NCBI GenBank assembly: GCA_965648915.1 | Contig: CBFGIV010000003.1 | Coordinates: 32,001 to 96,000, forward strand | Source of the DNA: a candidate division WOR-3 bacterium | Lineage (GTDB): Bacteria > Hydrothermota > Tepidihabitantia > SM23-42 > CAYGYG01 | Length of the DNA: 64,000 bases | Direction of reading: 5' to 3' | The notes under the pieces: generated by a model | Database searches by the model: none | The model's input: the letters and a program-made list of their open reading frames with translations, nothing else | What the model was told of the DNA's origin: nothing | Shown here: positions 31,489-41,810 of the stretch, one piece after another | How positions within the stretch are numbered: the stretch's first letter is position 1 | Layout: every line of letters starts with the position of its first letter | Made by a program: the position numbers and the translations under genes

Positions 31489-34400
31489 AGAATCGCTCAC
31501 ACTCTCTTAATTTATGGTCTAATTTAAGTGACTGGTAGATATCCCGGGCGACCATGAGGTAACGGTCAACAGTCTTGCTCTCTTTACCAAATCTTTTAAG
31601 CAGGGCTGCATAATTTAAACTTGTGTCCGCAAGGAGTCGCTTCCGCCCAATTTTATCGAATAGTTCAATTGCCTTTTGATAATTTTCCGCCGATCGGGTA
31701 AAATCGGCTTTAGTAGCATAAATCTTGCCGTAAACAAAATAACAATAGGCCTCACCCGATTTTGACCCTAACTCTCGGGCATACCTCAGGGCGTTGTCAA
31801 CATATTCCAATATCTGCTCGAGATGAAATTCACCTTTGGCCAGCGCCAATTGAACCATAAGGAGATACCAGGTTTTTAAAACATCTTTACTTTGAATCTC
31901 ACCAATAACCTTCTCTGCCCTTAATAAATATTCTTCAGCCTTACGCAATTCTCCCATCTCAAGGTATACATCAGTTAGAGAACAGCACGCTTCACCGATC
32001 CGAAACTTATCCTGTGAATCCTCAGCAGTCTTTAAAAATTTCTGAATCTCTTCAATCGCCCGGGCATATCTGCCCATCTCCTTATAGACATTGCCCAGAC
32101 AACCATAGGCTAAGCCAATGCTCTTCTCACTACCACACTCTTCGGCAATGGCCAGATCTTTAAGATAGAAGTCAATCGCCTTTTCGTATTCACCTTTATA
32201 GAAATGGATATCGCCTAAATTATTGTAGGCAATGCCTGAACCATTTTTATGGCCGATCTCTTCACATATCGCCAATTTTTTCTGAAAAAGTTCCTGCGCC
32301 CGTTCATAATCGCCCTGATCCATATAGACCAGACCTAAATTATTCAGGGCAATGCTCACTCCGCGTTTGTAATCTAAGTCGATGTAAATATCAAAGCTCT
32401 CTTTATAAAATTGAATTGCCCTCTGGTAATCACCTTTTACCCAGCAGGATAATCCTAAATTGTTATAGGCACGTGCAATTATCCGCTTCTTCTCCTTTTC
32501 ATCGATATTAAAACCCTTGACGATCTCAATCTCCTTCATCGTCTCTTCGATCGCCTTATCGATCATTCCTAATGTCCGATAGGTCGAACATCGGAATATC
32601 CGGATCTCTGACCGTTCAAGCATATCATCGAGTGAGTCACCCCTGATCTCAGCTTCAGCCTTATCCAGCATCTTCAACCCTTCATCGGTCTTACCCCGCT
32701 CACTCAATATGAGGGCAATCTTCCTTTTCGCTCTTGCCTTAACAGATCCCTCGCGGGCATATGCGGTGATTAAACTAAAATGGTCGATTGCCCGATTGTA
32801 ATCACCTTTTATGTCGTATAAATCACCCAGGGCTTCGTTGGCAACAATAAAATCCTGGTAGTGACTATCCATATTTTGCTTAATAAAAACCAATGCATTT
32901 TGGAAATTTCTGATTGCCTCATCATTGGCCCAGCGTTCCTTTGCTTTTTTACCGGCCCTTATTAACCACTCAATTGCCTTCTCCGGATCATTACTATTGT
33001 TGTATTGGTGAGCAATTACTTCGGTCAACTCTTCTAATCGGTCGGGGTATCTCTTCTCAATTAACGAACCGATCTGTCGGTGTAGTTCCATACGCTTCTT
33101 CTTCAAAAGCGTCTGGTAGACAACTTCATGGACAACCGGGTGGCGAAACTGATAGCAGTATTTAGAATCCACGCGTTCCTGTTTAATAAATTCGAAGGCC
33201 TCTAAGGTGCTGAGATGAAGACTCAAAATTAGAGAGTCAACATTACAGAGGGCTTCAAGGATATCTATTTCAAAATTTTTTCCAATCACTGATGCCAGCT
33301 GGAGAACCTCTTTCAGTTCGGCTTCCAGCCGATCGAGCCGGGCAATAATTACCGACTGGACTGTATCCGGAATTTTAATCGAAGCAACATCGGTTGTTAA
33401 CCGCCATACGCCATCAGTGAAAACCAGAAAGCCTGCGTCGATCAGGGAACGGATAATCTCTTCAAGAAAAAATGGGTTACCTTCAGCCTTGGCCAGTATC
33501 CGGTCTTTAAAGTTTTCAGTAATACCAGGGATTTTCAGAAGGTTATAAACCAGCATCGAACTTGCTTCATATTCCAGTGGTTTGAGGGTAACCTCAAGAA
33601 ATATACTATTCAACCCCTTACCAATTCTTTCTTTTACTCGATAACACTCGGTGCCACGTTCGATGCGCGAAAGACAGATAAAGGCTACGGCCGGTAGATC
33701 GGATGATTGGATAAGATATTCAAGAAGTTCCAGCGATTCGGGGTCAATCCAATGATAATCTTCAATAATGATGAGGACCGGTTCTTTGCGGGCAAAGGCA
33801 TCGATCAATCTCCGCATACTTGAAAAGATTTGAATCTTAATACTACCCGGATCAAGATATTTTACTTTTTCATCCAGTTCCCCTTCGAAACGGATCGCAA
33901 ACATATAAGCAATGTAGGGCAATATCTCTTTATAACTTTCACCCAGGATTTGGGGGCCTAGACTGAGAAGTTTCTCTCTGATACTATCGTTTGAATCCTT
34001 CTCTGAAATATTAAACATACTTCTCAAAATACTCAAAAAGGGATGGTAAAAAAGGCTCTTGCCGTAAGAAAGGCACCTCCCTTCAAATACGGTGAAGGGC
34101 CGCTTTTCTCTATCAAGTGATTTTATCACCTCGGCAACGAGCCGGGATTTCCCAACACCCGCTTCGCCCGTGACAAAGATAACCCTCTTTTCTCCCGAAG
34201 ATGACTCACTGATAGTTTTTCGTAACAACTCCAGTTCGCGGTCACGGCCGACCATCGGTGAGTATAATTCTTGAATCCCCCGTTTGGGTAACGGCTTAGA
34301 TTTTATTCGGAGCAGTTTAAATAGACGAACCGGCTGATCAATCCCTTTTATCATCTGTGACTCAATCGGTTCATAGTCAAAAAGATAACGGGTCATACGA

Positions 34401-34903
34401 TAGGTTACTTCAGAAGTTAAGATTTCACCATTTTGTGCCCGATCCTTAAGTCGCGAAGCAAAATTGACAACATCGCCCATCACCGAATACTCACGCTTCT
34501 CGGCAGTCCCAACCTCACCCACATAGACTGTTCCGGTGTGAATACCGATATGGAGACCGAGGGTATTCTCGATCTTGAGTTTCGATCTTAATGACTTATT
34601 TATCTCGGGGAGATAGGCCATCATCTCCAGCGCCGCTTTGACTGCCCGCTCTGGATCATCTTCAAGTGCTTGAGGCAATCCAAAAAGGGCAATAACCAGA
34701 TCCCCTTCATATTTATAGATTGTGCCTCCCTGATTTATGATTGCTCGATTTAAGTATTCGAAACAGAGATTAGCCACATCCCGGACCTCTTCTGGATCCA
34801 GTCTCTTTGAAATTGCGGTAAACCCTGAAAGGTCAGCAAAAACCAGACTCAAAAATCTCCGTTCACCTTCGATACCGCTTTTAATAACTCTATCTTTTCC
34901 CAT
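31454..34903 (-). CDS. Class III adenylate/guanylate cyclase + STAND-type ATPase + TPR repeats
   Basis: FADLSGFT, KYEGD, GDVVNFASRL; VGRDREL, GEAGVGKS, IIEDYHW, GNPFFLEE, ARLDRL, FRH; many TPRs (AYNNLG). Likely start ATG 34903. Confidence 0.92.
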   Translation of the reverse strand: MGKDRVIKSGIEGERRFLSLVFADLSGFTAISKRLDPEEVRDVANLCFEYLNRAIINQGGTIYKYEGDLVIALFGLPQALEDDPERAVKAALEMMAYLPEINKSLRSKLKIENTLGLHIGIHTGTVYVGEVGTAEKREYSVMGDVVNFASRLKDRAQNGEILTSEVTYRMTRYLFDYEPIESQMIKGIDQPVRLFKLLRIKSKPLPKRGIQELYSPMVGRDRELELLRKTISESSSGEKRVIFVTGEAGVGKSRLVAEVIKSLDREKRPFTVFEGRCLSYGKSLFYHPFLSILRSMFNISEKDSNDSIREKLLSLGPQILGESYKEILPYIAYMFAIRFEGELDEKVKYLDPGSIKIQIFSSMRRLIDAFARKEPVLIIIEDYHWIDPESLELLEYLIQSSDLPAVAFICLSRIERGTECYRVKERIGKGLNSIFLEVTLKPLEYEASSMLVYNLLKIPGITENFKDRILAKAEGNPFFLEEIIRSLIDAGFLVFTDGVWRLTTDVASIKIPDTVQSVIIARLDRLEAELKEVLQLASVIGKNFEIDILEALCNVDSLILSLHLSTLEAFEFIKQERVDSKYCYQFRHPVVHEVVYQTLLKKKRMELHRQIGSLIEKRYPDRLEELTEVIAHQYNNSNDPEKAIEWLIRAGKKAKERWANDEAIRNFQNALVFIKQNMDSHYQDFIVANEALGDLYDIKGDYNRAIDHFSLITAYAREGSVKARAKRKIALILSERGKTDEGLKMLDKAEAEIRGDSLDDMLERSEIRIFRCSTYRTLGMIDKAIEETMKEIEIVKGFNIDEKEKKRIIARAYNNLGLSCWVKGDYQRAIQFYKESFDIYIDLDYKRGVSIALNNLGLVYMDQGDYERAQELFQKKLAICEEIGHKNGSGIAYNNLGDIHFYKGEYEKAIDFYLKDLAIAEECGSEKSIGLAYGCLGNVYKEMGRYARAIEEIQKFLKTAEDSQDKFRIGEACCSLTDVYLEMGELRKAEEYLLRAEKVIGEIQSKDVLKTWYLLMVQLALAKGEFHLEQILEYVDNALRYARELGSKSGEAYCYFVYGKIYATKADFTRSAENYQKAIELFDKIGRKRLLADTSLNYAALLKRFGKESKTVDRYLMVARDIYQSLKLDHKLRECERFYAEKDIDCQSR

Positions 34904-35705
34904 TATCTTTGAATAAATTTTGCCAATCTGGCTTTCTTTTTTCAAGAAAAGCCGCCATACCTTCCTGGGCTTCAGGCGAGGTCCTCAATTGAGCAATAAC
35001 CTCTGCGGTAAACCTTCGGGCGTCTTCAAATGATATCTGTGAAACTCTACTTAGGAGTTCTTTACACTTTTTTATTGCCTCAGGCCCGCTCGATAATAAC
35101 TGATTAACCATCTCGTCGACCGCCTTATCGAGTTCTTGAGCCGGGACAATCTTATTGATCAGTCCTGCCGCCAGCGCCCTCTCGGCGGTAATTCTCTCAC
35201 CAGTCAGAAAGAATTCGCGACATCTTCCTTCGCCACACTTTTTAATTACATAAGGGGAAATGCAGGCCGGAATCAATCCAAGTTTCACTTCACTAAAACT
35301 GAATTTTGCGTCAACGGCAGCAATCGCTATATCACAGACTGCAACCAGACCGGTCCCACCCCCAATCGCCGCCCCCTGAACCCGGGCAATGGTTGGTTTA
35401 GGGGATGAGTAGATGAGGTAGAGCATCTCAGCCAGTTCGAGCGACTCTTTAAGATTCTGTTCATAGGAATAATCTTTTATCTCTCTCATCCAGTTCAGAT
35501 CGGCACCGGCACAAAAGGATTTTCCTTCACCCTTCAGGATAACAACCTTTAAATCATCGATCCCTTTTATTTCATTGAAGACACCTGCCAATTCATTAAT
35601 CATCCTGCGGTTGAAGGCATTGTGGACTTCGGGTCGGTTAAGGGTTACATAGCCAATTGCATCTTTAACAGAAAAGGTTATGGTCTTGAGGACTGACTCA
35701 GACAC
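34890..35705 (-). CDS. Enoyl-CoA hydratase (methylglutaconyl-CoA hydratase-like)
   Basis: LNRPEVHNAF, FCAGADLNWM, GGGTGL, SEVKLGLIPA.ISPYV, EG..AFLEKRKP.W. Confidence 0.92.
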   Translation of the reverse strand: MSESVLKTITFSVKDAIGYVTLNRPEVHNAFNRRMINELAGVFNEIKGIDDLKVVILKGEGKSFCAGADLNWMREIKDYSYEQNLKESLELAEMLYLIYSSPKPTIARVQGAAIGGGTGLVAVCDIAIAAVDAKFSFSEVKLGLIPACISPYVIKKCGEGRCREFFLTGERITAERALAAGLINKIVPAQELDKAVDEMVNQLLSSGPEAIKKCKELLSRVSQISFEDARRFTAEVIAQLRTSPEAQEGMAAFLEKRKPDWQNLFKDNGKR

Positions 35706-35812
35706 AGAAGATTATAGCCAGAAATAGCCCTTTGTCAAGGAGGTGAGTATGTATGTAGCAATAATCAAAATTACTATTGACAAATTTTTTATTCTGGTTA
35801 AAATCGTTTAAT

Positions 35813-35930
35813 CTTGAAAACCGGCCTGGTTGAAAATCGAAAGTTTCAACCCTAGTGGAGATAAGAAAAGCGCATCGTTCAAGGGGCCGGTCAGAGATTA
35901 TGCTCCGTGGAAACGGAGTGATGAATAATG
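35813..35930 (+). ncRNA. Candidate structured 5' leader of C25 protease gene
   Basis: ACCGGCC/GGCCGGT enclosing stem, GGTTGAAA/TTTCAACC hairpin with GAAA loop, GCTCCGT-GGAA-ACGGAGT hairpin; downstream of TTGACA-16-TAAAAT (35777-35804). Confidence 0.4.
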
Positions 35931-35944
35931 CTGTAGGAGGTTTT

Positions 35945-38368
35945 ATGAAGAGACTTGGCTGTCTCTTATCTATCCTCTTATTAACTGCCGTAATTACTTT
36001 TGCAGGTGAACTGATTCAGCAGATGACCTTCTCACCCAGTGACCTTGCTATCACTCAGGAAAAGGGTTATACCAGACTCAATTATGGTCTTTATCCTAAC
36101 TATGATGATGTGGTTGGTAATCCGGCGCTTCCTGAACTCCCGCTCTATGTTGTCATTCCACCCAGTGCAGTTGTTACCAGCTTCGAGGTCTTATCCGCCG
36201 ATGTCCACACCCTTCAGGGTGACTATCTTGTCATCCCGGCCCAGAATACCCGACCCTTCTCAGTAATGGAAGAGCCGCCTTTTGTTGAGCCGAATAAAGA
36301 GGTTTACAATTCGAAGGCAGTCTGGCCTGAGAATATTGTCCAGTACCACTCTACCGGAAACAAAGGTGGTTTCCAGATCGGTGCATTCCGGGTATATCCA
36401 GTAAGATATATACCGGCAGAAAGGAAACTCCTCTTCTGCACAAACCTGAAGGTCAAGATAACCTATCAGGAAGGTGTGGTTGAGCCATTACGGAGAACCG
36501 AGCGCCAGATCGAGGTCCACAGTGCTGGCCTGACCGGTCTGGTAGCAAATCCTCAGGATATCAAACGTTTCAGCCCACCGCTCAGAACCGGATTGATCTC
36601 TTCGCCCTTCTTACCCGCAGGGAACTATGAACATATCATCCTGACCCCGACTGCTTACAAGGATACTTTCAAGGTTTTTGCCGACTGGCGGACCAAAAAT
36701 GGAATCCCTTCACGCGTCTTCTGTATTGAATCCACCGCAACCTATCCTGGTGCTGATGTTGCAGAAAAGATGAGAAACTTTTTGCGTGATGCTGATACGA
36801 CCTGGGGTCTGATCTTTGCCTTCATCGCCCGGACTGATGCCCATCTTACGAGCGGCACAAACCGTCAATATCGGAACTGCTGGGCGTACTATTCTGGTTC
36901 CTATCAAGATACACTGCCCTGTGATATGTACTTCTCCGACCTCTGGCGCGGCACAAACCGGGTTACCTATACCTGGGATGGAAATCGTAATGGCCGGTAT
37001 GGTGAAGCAAATGATACAATCGACTACTACTCTGATATCTATGTCGGTATGGTCACACTCGATGATATGGGTCAGGCAAGAAACTGGATGAGAAAAGTCC
37101 TCCGCCATGAAGGTCCAACAACTGACAGTACTTATTTTGCCAAAGTACTGTTGATGAATGGTGTCACCTTCTCGGATAGTTTCTTGAACCGCATTGCCGA
37201 GGCAACGCCTGCCAACTGGATCGACTGCAAGATGTATCTAAGTGGTGCTGGTGGTATTACGCCTACGACTCAACGAGTTATAGATTCGATAAATGCCGGT
37301 TACGGATACTTCTGTATCATCGCCCATGGAACCGTCACTTCTTTCTATGTCAACAACACAGAACAGTATACGGTTGCCAATGTGAGCCAGCAGAATAATC
37401 TGAATAAATTAAACACGGTTATTGCAGTCAGCTGCCATCCTGGCGCCTTTGATCAGGGTGATGAGTGTCTGGCTGAGACCATGGCAGTCTATCCGGGTGG
37501 TGGCTATATCAACATTATGATGAACTCCCGTTATGGCTGGGTCGCAGTTGCTGAACTCTACAATACCTACTTCATGCACAATATCCTGCCCAAAGGGTCG
37601 CATCCGGATACGGTCCGTTATCCCTGCTTTGGCGATAAGTATGTCGGGCAGTCACTTGCCCGGGTAAAAGACCGTCTGGTCTATAAGTATCCTCGCCCCG
37701 GGATTGGCACCGATTCAAGCCGCTGGCGCTGGGAGTCCTACGAAAAGAACCTCTTTGGTGACCCGGCCGGTTTCTGCCACACAACCAGACCGATCCGCTC
37801 GATGCGGGTAACACATCCAGCCACGATTCGCACCGGCTCACAGGTTGTCAGGGTGTCGGTCGATGTCAGTGCCTTTGCCCCGGTCGATTCGGTCCTGATC
37901 ACACTCTGGAAAGGAACCGAAGTCTATGCCCGTGGCTACACCAACACCTCGGGCTATGTCGATCTCACGGTCAATCCAACAACTGCTGGCCAGATGTCGG
38001 TGACCGCTAACAAGCGTAATTATCGTACCTATGAAGGAACCATTCAGGTAACAACCGGTGTTGCCGAAGAGGATAACCCAGTTCTTCCCACCCACTTCGC
38101 CCTCGGTCAGAGCAAACCGAATCCATTTGGCAAGATTACAAGCATCAACTACCAGACGCCACATACGGTTAAGACCAGACTGACAATCTATGATGCAAGT
38201 GGACGGACTGTTCGGACCCTGATCGACCGGAAAGATAATCCGGGCTGGTACACCGTCAACTGGGATGGCAGGGATGATCGTGGACTCGAATGTTCAGCCG
38301 GTATCTACTTCTACCGCCTCGAGGCAGGAAACTATACTGCTACCCGAAGCCTGGTCATTGTCCGGTAA
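35945..38368 (+). CDS. Peptidase C25 (gingipain family) with propeptide and FlgD-Ig/T9SS-type tail
   Basis: G.PALP propeptide, D.YFSDL, AHG and SC catalytic dyad, NLFGDP, PNPF..WDGRD..SAGIYFYRL; AGGAGG RBS before ATG 35945. Confidence 0.9.
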   Translation: MKRLGCLLSILLLTAVITFAGELIQQMTFSPSDLAITQEKGYTRLNYGLYPNYDDVVGNPALPELPLYVVIPPSAVVTSFEVLSADVHTLQGDYLVIPAQNTRPFSVMEEPPFVEPNKEVYNSKAVWPENIVQYHSTGNKGGFQIGAFRVYPVRYIPAERKLLFCTNLKVKITYQEGVVEPLRRTERQIEVHSAGLTGLVANPQDIKRFSPPLRTGLISSPFLPAGNYEHIILTPTAYKDTFKVFADWRTKNGIPSRVFCIESTATYPGADVAEKMRNFLRDADTTWGLIFAFIARTDAHLTSGTNRQYRNCWAYYSGSYQDTLPCDMYFSDLWRGTNRVTYTWDGNRNGRYGEANDTIDYYSDIYVGMVTLDDMGQARNWMRKVLRHEGPTTDSTYFAKVLLMNGVTFSDSFLNRIAEATPANWIDCKMYLSGAGGITPTTQRVIDSINAGYGYFCIIAHGTVTSFYVNNTEQYTVANVSQQNNLNKLNTVIAVSCHPGAFDQGDECLAETMAVYPGGGYINIMMNSRYGWVAVAELYNTYFMHNILPKGSHPDTVRYPCFGDKYVGQSLARVKDRLVYKYPRPGIGTDSSRWRWESYEKNLFGDPAGFCHTTRPIRSMRVTHPATIRTGSQVVRVSVDVSAFAPVDSVLITLWKGTEVYARGYTNTSGYVDLTVNPTTAGQMSVTANKRNYRTYEGTIQVTTGVAEEDNPVLPTHFALGQSKPNPFGKITSINYQTPHTVKTRLTIYDASGRTVRTLIDRKDNPGWYTVNWDGRDDRGLECSAGIYFYRLEAGNYTATRSLVIVR

Positions 38369-38385
38369 ACGGTAGAATGCATCTT

Positions 38386-38417
38386 GAAGGGCCGCCTCGG
38401 GCGGCCCTTCTTTTTTT
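38386..38417 (+). terminator. Intrinsic terminator
   Basis: GAAGGGCCGCC-TCG-GGCGGCCCTTC followed by T7. Confidence 0.88.
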
Positions 38418-38474
38418 CAAGTTAATACCGGGCATAATCCTTGACACTTACAAATCCCTGACTATAATCTTCTT

Positions 38475-39251
38475 ATGAGAGAACTGTCTCTTTCCCTGCT
38501 TTCTTTAAGTATAATATGGGCGCAGACCTCGCCCGATAACTTCTACAAAAGGCTTACCCCCGGACTCAGTGGGACACTGGCCTTAACCAATTTCTCAAAA
38601 CCTTCAAATCTTGGTGGCCTGGGCCATCTTCAATTTCGTCTGGGCGGAACCGACCTTTTCTTTAAATATCCAACTTATGGTGAATGGGCATACATCCCTT
38701 CGATTACCACCACAGTTGAAATGGGCATATTTAAGGGTAGAAGTCATAGCCAGATTGTCTCGGGAATTTTTGCATTGGACCTGGTCACCCGGTTGGGTCT
38801 TTATCCCAAACAGCCGCGAACCTCAACATCCCGATTTTTCTACGGAGCCGGGGTAAAGATTGGATTATTAAAGAATACGCTGATTACTCCGGCAGTATCG
38901 ATCCGCTTAGAATATATCCAAATTAATGACCTTTTCTTTGGGTATCAGGATCCCAATCTTGAGGCAACTTATGACAAACTGCGAATCTTTAATGGATCGC
39001 TTGGTATTGGTAAACAGATCTACGGACTCTACCCCTATATATCAATTGGTGGTCTGTATAATATGATTGAAGGTAGATATATCCAGCGAGCCCTCCCTGC
39101 ACCAGAATTTGTAACTTACGAAGAGAAGTTCGGCTCTTTTGCCGGGTTTATTGGCTGTGAATGGAAGATCCTATTTTTAAAGTTGAACTCCGAGATTCTC
39201 TTTTCCGGGACAAAACCCGGTATCGCAATCGGTCTGGGCAATGGGTTATAA
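38475..39251 (+). CDS. Hypothetical outer-membrane beta-barrel-like protein
   Basis: Signal peptide, Gly/aromatic amphipathic strands; overlaps start of next gene. Confidence 0.55.
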   Translation: MRELSLSLLSLSIIWAQTSPDNFYKRLTPGLSGTLALTNFSKPSNLGGLGHLQFRLGGTDLFFKYPTYGEWAYIPSITTTVEMGIFKGRSHSQIVSGIFALDLVTRLGLYPKQPRTSTSRFFYGAGVKIGLLKNTLITPAVSIRLEYIQINDLFFGYQDPNLEATYDKLRIFNGSLGIGKQIYGLYPYISIGGLYNMIEGRYIQRALPAPEFVTYEEKFGSFAGFIGCEWKILFLKLNSEILFSGTKPGIAIGLGNGL

Positions 39252-40251
39252 AATTTTACTGAGTATCACCATATCTATCCTGATCTCTTCAGCCTGGCTT
39301 TACGAACCCGGGGCAACCGGTATGACCTTCTTAAAACTGGGAATTGGAGCAAGACCAGTGGCAATGGGCAATGCCTTCAATGCGGTCAGCGATGATGGCA
39401 ATGCCATCTTCTGGAATCCAGCCGGTTTTGGTATATCGCGCGACTTCCATCTCACGGGTATGGGTATGAATATGTTAGGATTTGTAAATTATTTTTCCCT
39501 CGGTAGTCTTATACCAGTGGGCAGATTCGGCGGCATCGGTGTTGGTGCCTCCTACCTCTTTGCTCAGGATACCCGCTACAGTGAAATGGGTGAGGAGTTA
39601 GGAAGTTTCACTAATTCTGACCTGTTGATCGGTCTTGGTTACGCATATCCTTTTATCTCATCGCTCTCTGGCGGTGCATCAATGAAATTCATTCGCAGCC
39701 AACTTGCTGAGTATTCTGCTTATTCTTTTACAACCAATGTCGGTATCATCTTCAGTCCAATTAAATATATCTATCTCGGTTCAAGCATCCGCGATCTTGG
39801 CCCACCCCGAAGATTTATCAGTGAATGGGAATATCCACCAACCAATCTCAGAAATGGCATAGCATTGAAGATACCTATTGAGGAGAGCCAGATTACCATC
39901 TCCTCAGATCTTTCGGTCTATCCCGATGTCTCACCAACCTTTTCGGCCGGGGGTGAGTTAGCATTAAGACTCAGCCAGATGATGAAGAAGATTTCCGGGC
40001 AACCGCTTTCCGGAATATTTATTCGTTGCGGTTATCAGTCTGGTTACCACCTTGGAAACTGGGGCGGACTCTCTTTCGGCCTGGGAATTGAATATCAGGT
40101 ATATACCAATCTCTTTCTAATCCTTGATCTGGTCTATTTTTCATATGGTTACCTTGGCGAATCAGAACGGGTCTCGCTCTCTTTACGGTACGCGCCCAGC
40201 ATAGCGCGTCGGTCGAAGAGCGGTAAGCGCCCCGGGCGTTCCAGACGATAA
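39241..40251 (+). CDS. PorV/PorQ family outer-membrane protein
   Basis: FLKLGIGARPVAMGNAF.AVSDD..AIFWNPAG signature. Confidence 0.85.
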   Translation: MGYKILLSITISILISSAWLYEPGATGMTFLKLGIGARPVAMGNAFNAVSDDGNAIFWNPAGFGISRDFHLTGMGMNMLGFVNYFSLGSLIPVGRFGGIGVGASYLFAQDTRYSEMGEELGSFTNSDLLIGLGYAYPFISSLSGGASMKFIRSQLAEYSAYSFTTNVGIIFSPIKYIYLGSSIRDLGPPRRFISEWEYPPTNLRNGIALKIPIEESQITISSDLSVYPDVSPTFSAGGELALRLSQMMKKISGQPLSGIFIRCGYQSGYHLGNWGGLSFGLGIEYQVYTNLFLILDLVYFSYGYLGESERVSLSLRYAPSIARRSKSGKRPGRSRR

Positions 40252-41194
40252 AACCTTCTGCCCCGGCCAGGAGCGCACCAAAGATCTGAGTAAATATGTA
40301 GTCCGAACCGAACTGTGGGGCAATATAATTGAAACCCTGAATATAAGGAACAACCTTCACTTCAGCATCAACCTGTTCGATGGCACGCAATGTGCTCTCA
40401 TAATAGATGAGAAATGAACGCCAGATATCGTCGATCTCTTTCTTAAAATGTTGAGAAAAATGTGATGGATAAAGCATCGGATAGAGGTAGTCAATATATT
40501 TAGCCATCTTTTCAATATTCTGCCCTTCTTGCTTTAACTGAGTCCAGATGGAATAGCCAAAGACACAGACTCCAACCTCACCGCCTTCACGCTTTACGAC
40601 CTTCTGAACCCTCTCCAGAAAATTACTGATCGCTTCCTCTCTGCTACCCTTAATTTTTGAATATCGACAGGCCTTAAGATCTCCATCAGTTGGGAATCTC
40701 ACATAGTCCAGTTGAATACTCTTTATCCCTTTCTTTAATAACTCTTCAATAATTGAAATATTATAATCCCAGACCTCTTCAAGATAAGGATTGACCCAGA
40801 AGTTCCTCCCATCATCTCTCCATAGACAGCCAAGCCTGTGTCTTATCCCATAATTTTTATACCGGGCCAATTGATTGTCCTTAAATATGACCAGTCGGGC
40901 GATAAGTTTAACATTATGTTCTTCAGTCAATCTAATCAATGTATCAAGATTTATAAAATTACGAACCGCTTTTATCTTTCGGGCAATTTCGTTTTCTGAT
41001 GGAAAGACAATGAGCCCCAGATCACTTTTTAAATCAACCACAATGGTATTTATGTACCCACTATCGGCCCAGGTCAGGACATTTTTAAGATAAGCCCGAT
41101 CCATTGCCCGGTTTGGATTTAAGTAAATGCCTCGGATCGGCGCCGGATCAGCGACCCAGAAAGTTGAGAGGACAATCAGAGCAGAGAGGTTCAT
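40019..41194 (-). CDS. Putative glycoside hydrolase (DUF4015-like)
   Basis: RGIY, VVDLK.D.G, IARLV.FKD, WVNPY, IQLDYVRFP, PMLYPSH, PYIQGF, WNA. Confidence 0.82.
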   Translation of the reverse strand: MNLSALIVLSTFWVADPAPIRGIYLNPNRAMDRAYLKNVLTWADSGYINTIVVDLKSDLGLIVFPSENEIARKIKAVRNFINLDTLIRLTEEHNVKLIARLVIFKDNQLARYKNYGIRHRLGCLWRDDGRNFWVNPYLEEVWDYNISIIEELLKKGIKSIQLDYVRFPTDGDLKACRYSKIKGSREEAISNFLERVQKVVKREGGEVGVCVFGYSIWTQLKQEGQNIEKMAKYIDYLYPMLYPSHFSQHFKKEIDDIWRSFLIYYESTLRAIEQVDAEVKVVPYIQGFNYIAPQFGSDYIFTQIFGALLAGAEGFIVWNARGAYRSSTDALCWARTVKRARPVLIRQGNHMKNRPDQGLERDWYIPDIQFPGRKRVRPSFQGGNQTDNRNE

Positions 41195-41810
41195 TTTTAA
41201 GACAGTAAGTCTTGCCCAGACGAACGATCAAGGCGTGGAATTCATTAAAGACCTTGACTTCCGATTTTAAACTTTTGATAAAAAAATCCTGAATCTCATC
41301 ATAGCTTGCATCTTCTTTTATAATATTATGGCGTAAAAGAAATCTCCTGGTATAGGCATCAACCACAAAGACCGGCCGATTCAGAGCGTACAATAGAATC
41401 GAATCAGCAGTCTCAGGTCCAATGCCATTTATTGCCAGCAATTCCCGGCGCAATCTTCCGGTCGGCAATCTCTCCATCCTTTTGATTTCACCCTGATAAT
41501 TTTCATCGAGATAACTCATACAATTTAACAGACGCCGCGCCTTGACATTATAATAGCCTGCGGGTCTGATAAGCCGGGCAATCTCTTTCCGTTTTTTTAA
41601 AATCATTTTAACATCTAACAGCTTCGCCTTTTTTAAATTCTTAATCGCCTTTTCGACATTAGGCCAGGCGGTATTCTGGGTAAGAATAGCACCAATTATC
41701 ACCTCTAAGGGGCTATCTCCCGGCCACCAGTGCTGGGGACCAAAATGTTTTAAGAGGGTTTGATAGATATCAGAGACCTTGATATTCCTGGAGTTTAAAA
41801 ATCGAGTCAC
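41148..41810 (-). CDS. Endonuclease III-like HhH-GPD protein
   Basis: GPQHWWP, GAILTQNT.W, GIGPETADSILLY, VVDAYT.R, HALIV; start uncertain. Confidence 0.88.
   Translation of the reverse strand: MTRFLNSRNIKVSDIYQTLLKHFGPQHWWPGDSPLEVIIGAILTQNTAWPNVEKAIKNLKKAKLLDVKMILKKRKEIARLIRPAGYYNVKARRLLNCMSYLDENYQGEIKRMERLPTGRLRRELLAINGIGPETADSILLYALNRPVFVVDAYTRRFLLRHNIIKEDASYDEIQDFFIKSLKSEVKVFNEFHALIVRLGKTYCLKNEPLCSDCPLNFLGR

Noticed and set aside
41148..41220. Endonuclease III-like protein with only three C-terminal Cys
   Set aside because: Fe-S motif erosion is common in this subfamily; weak signal.
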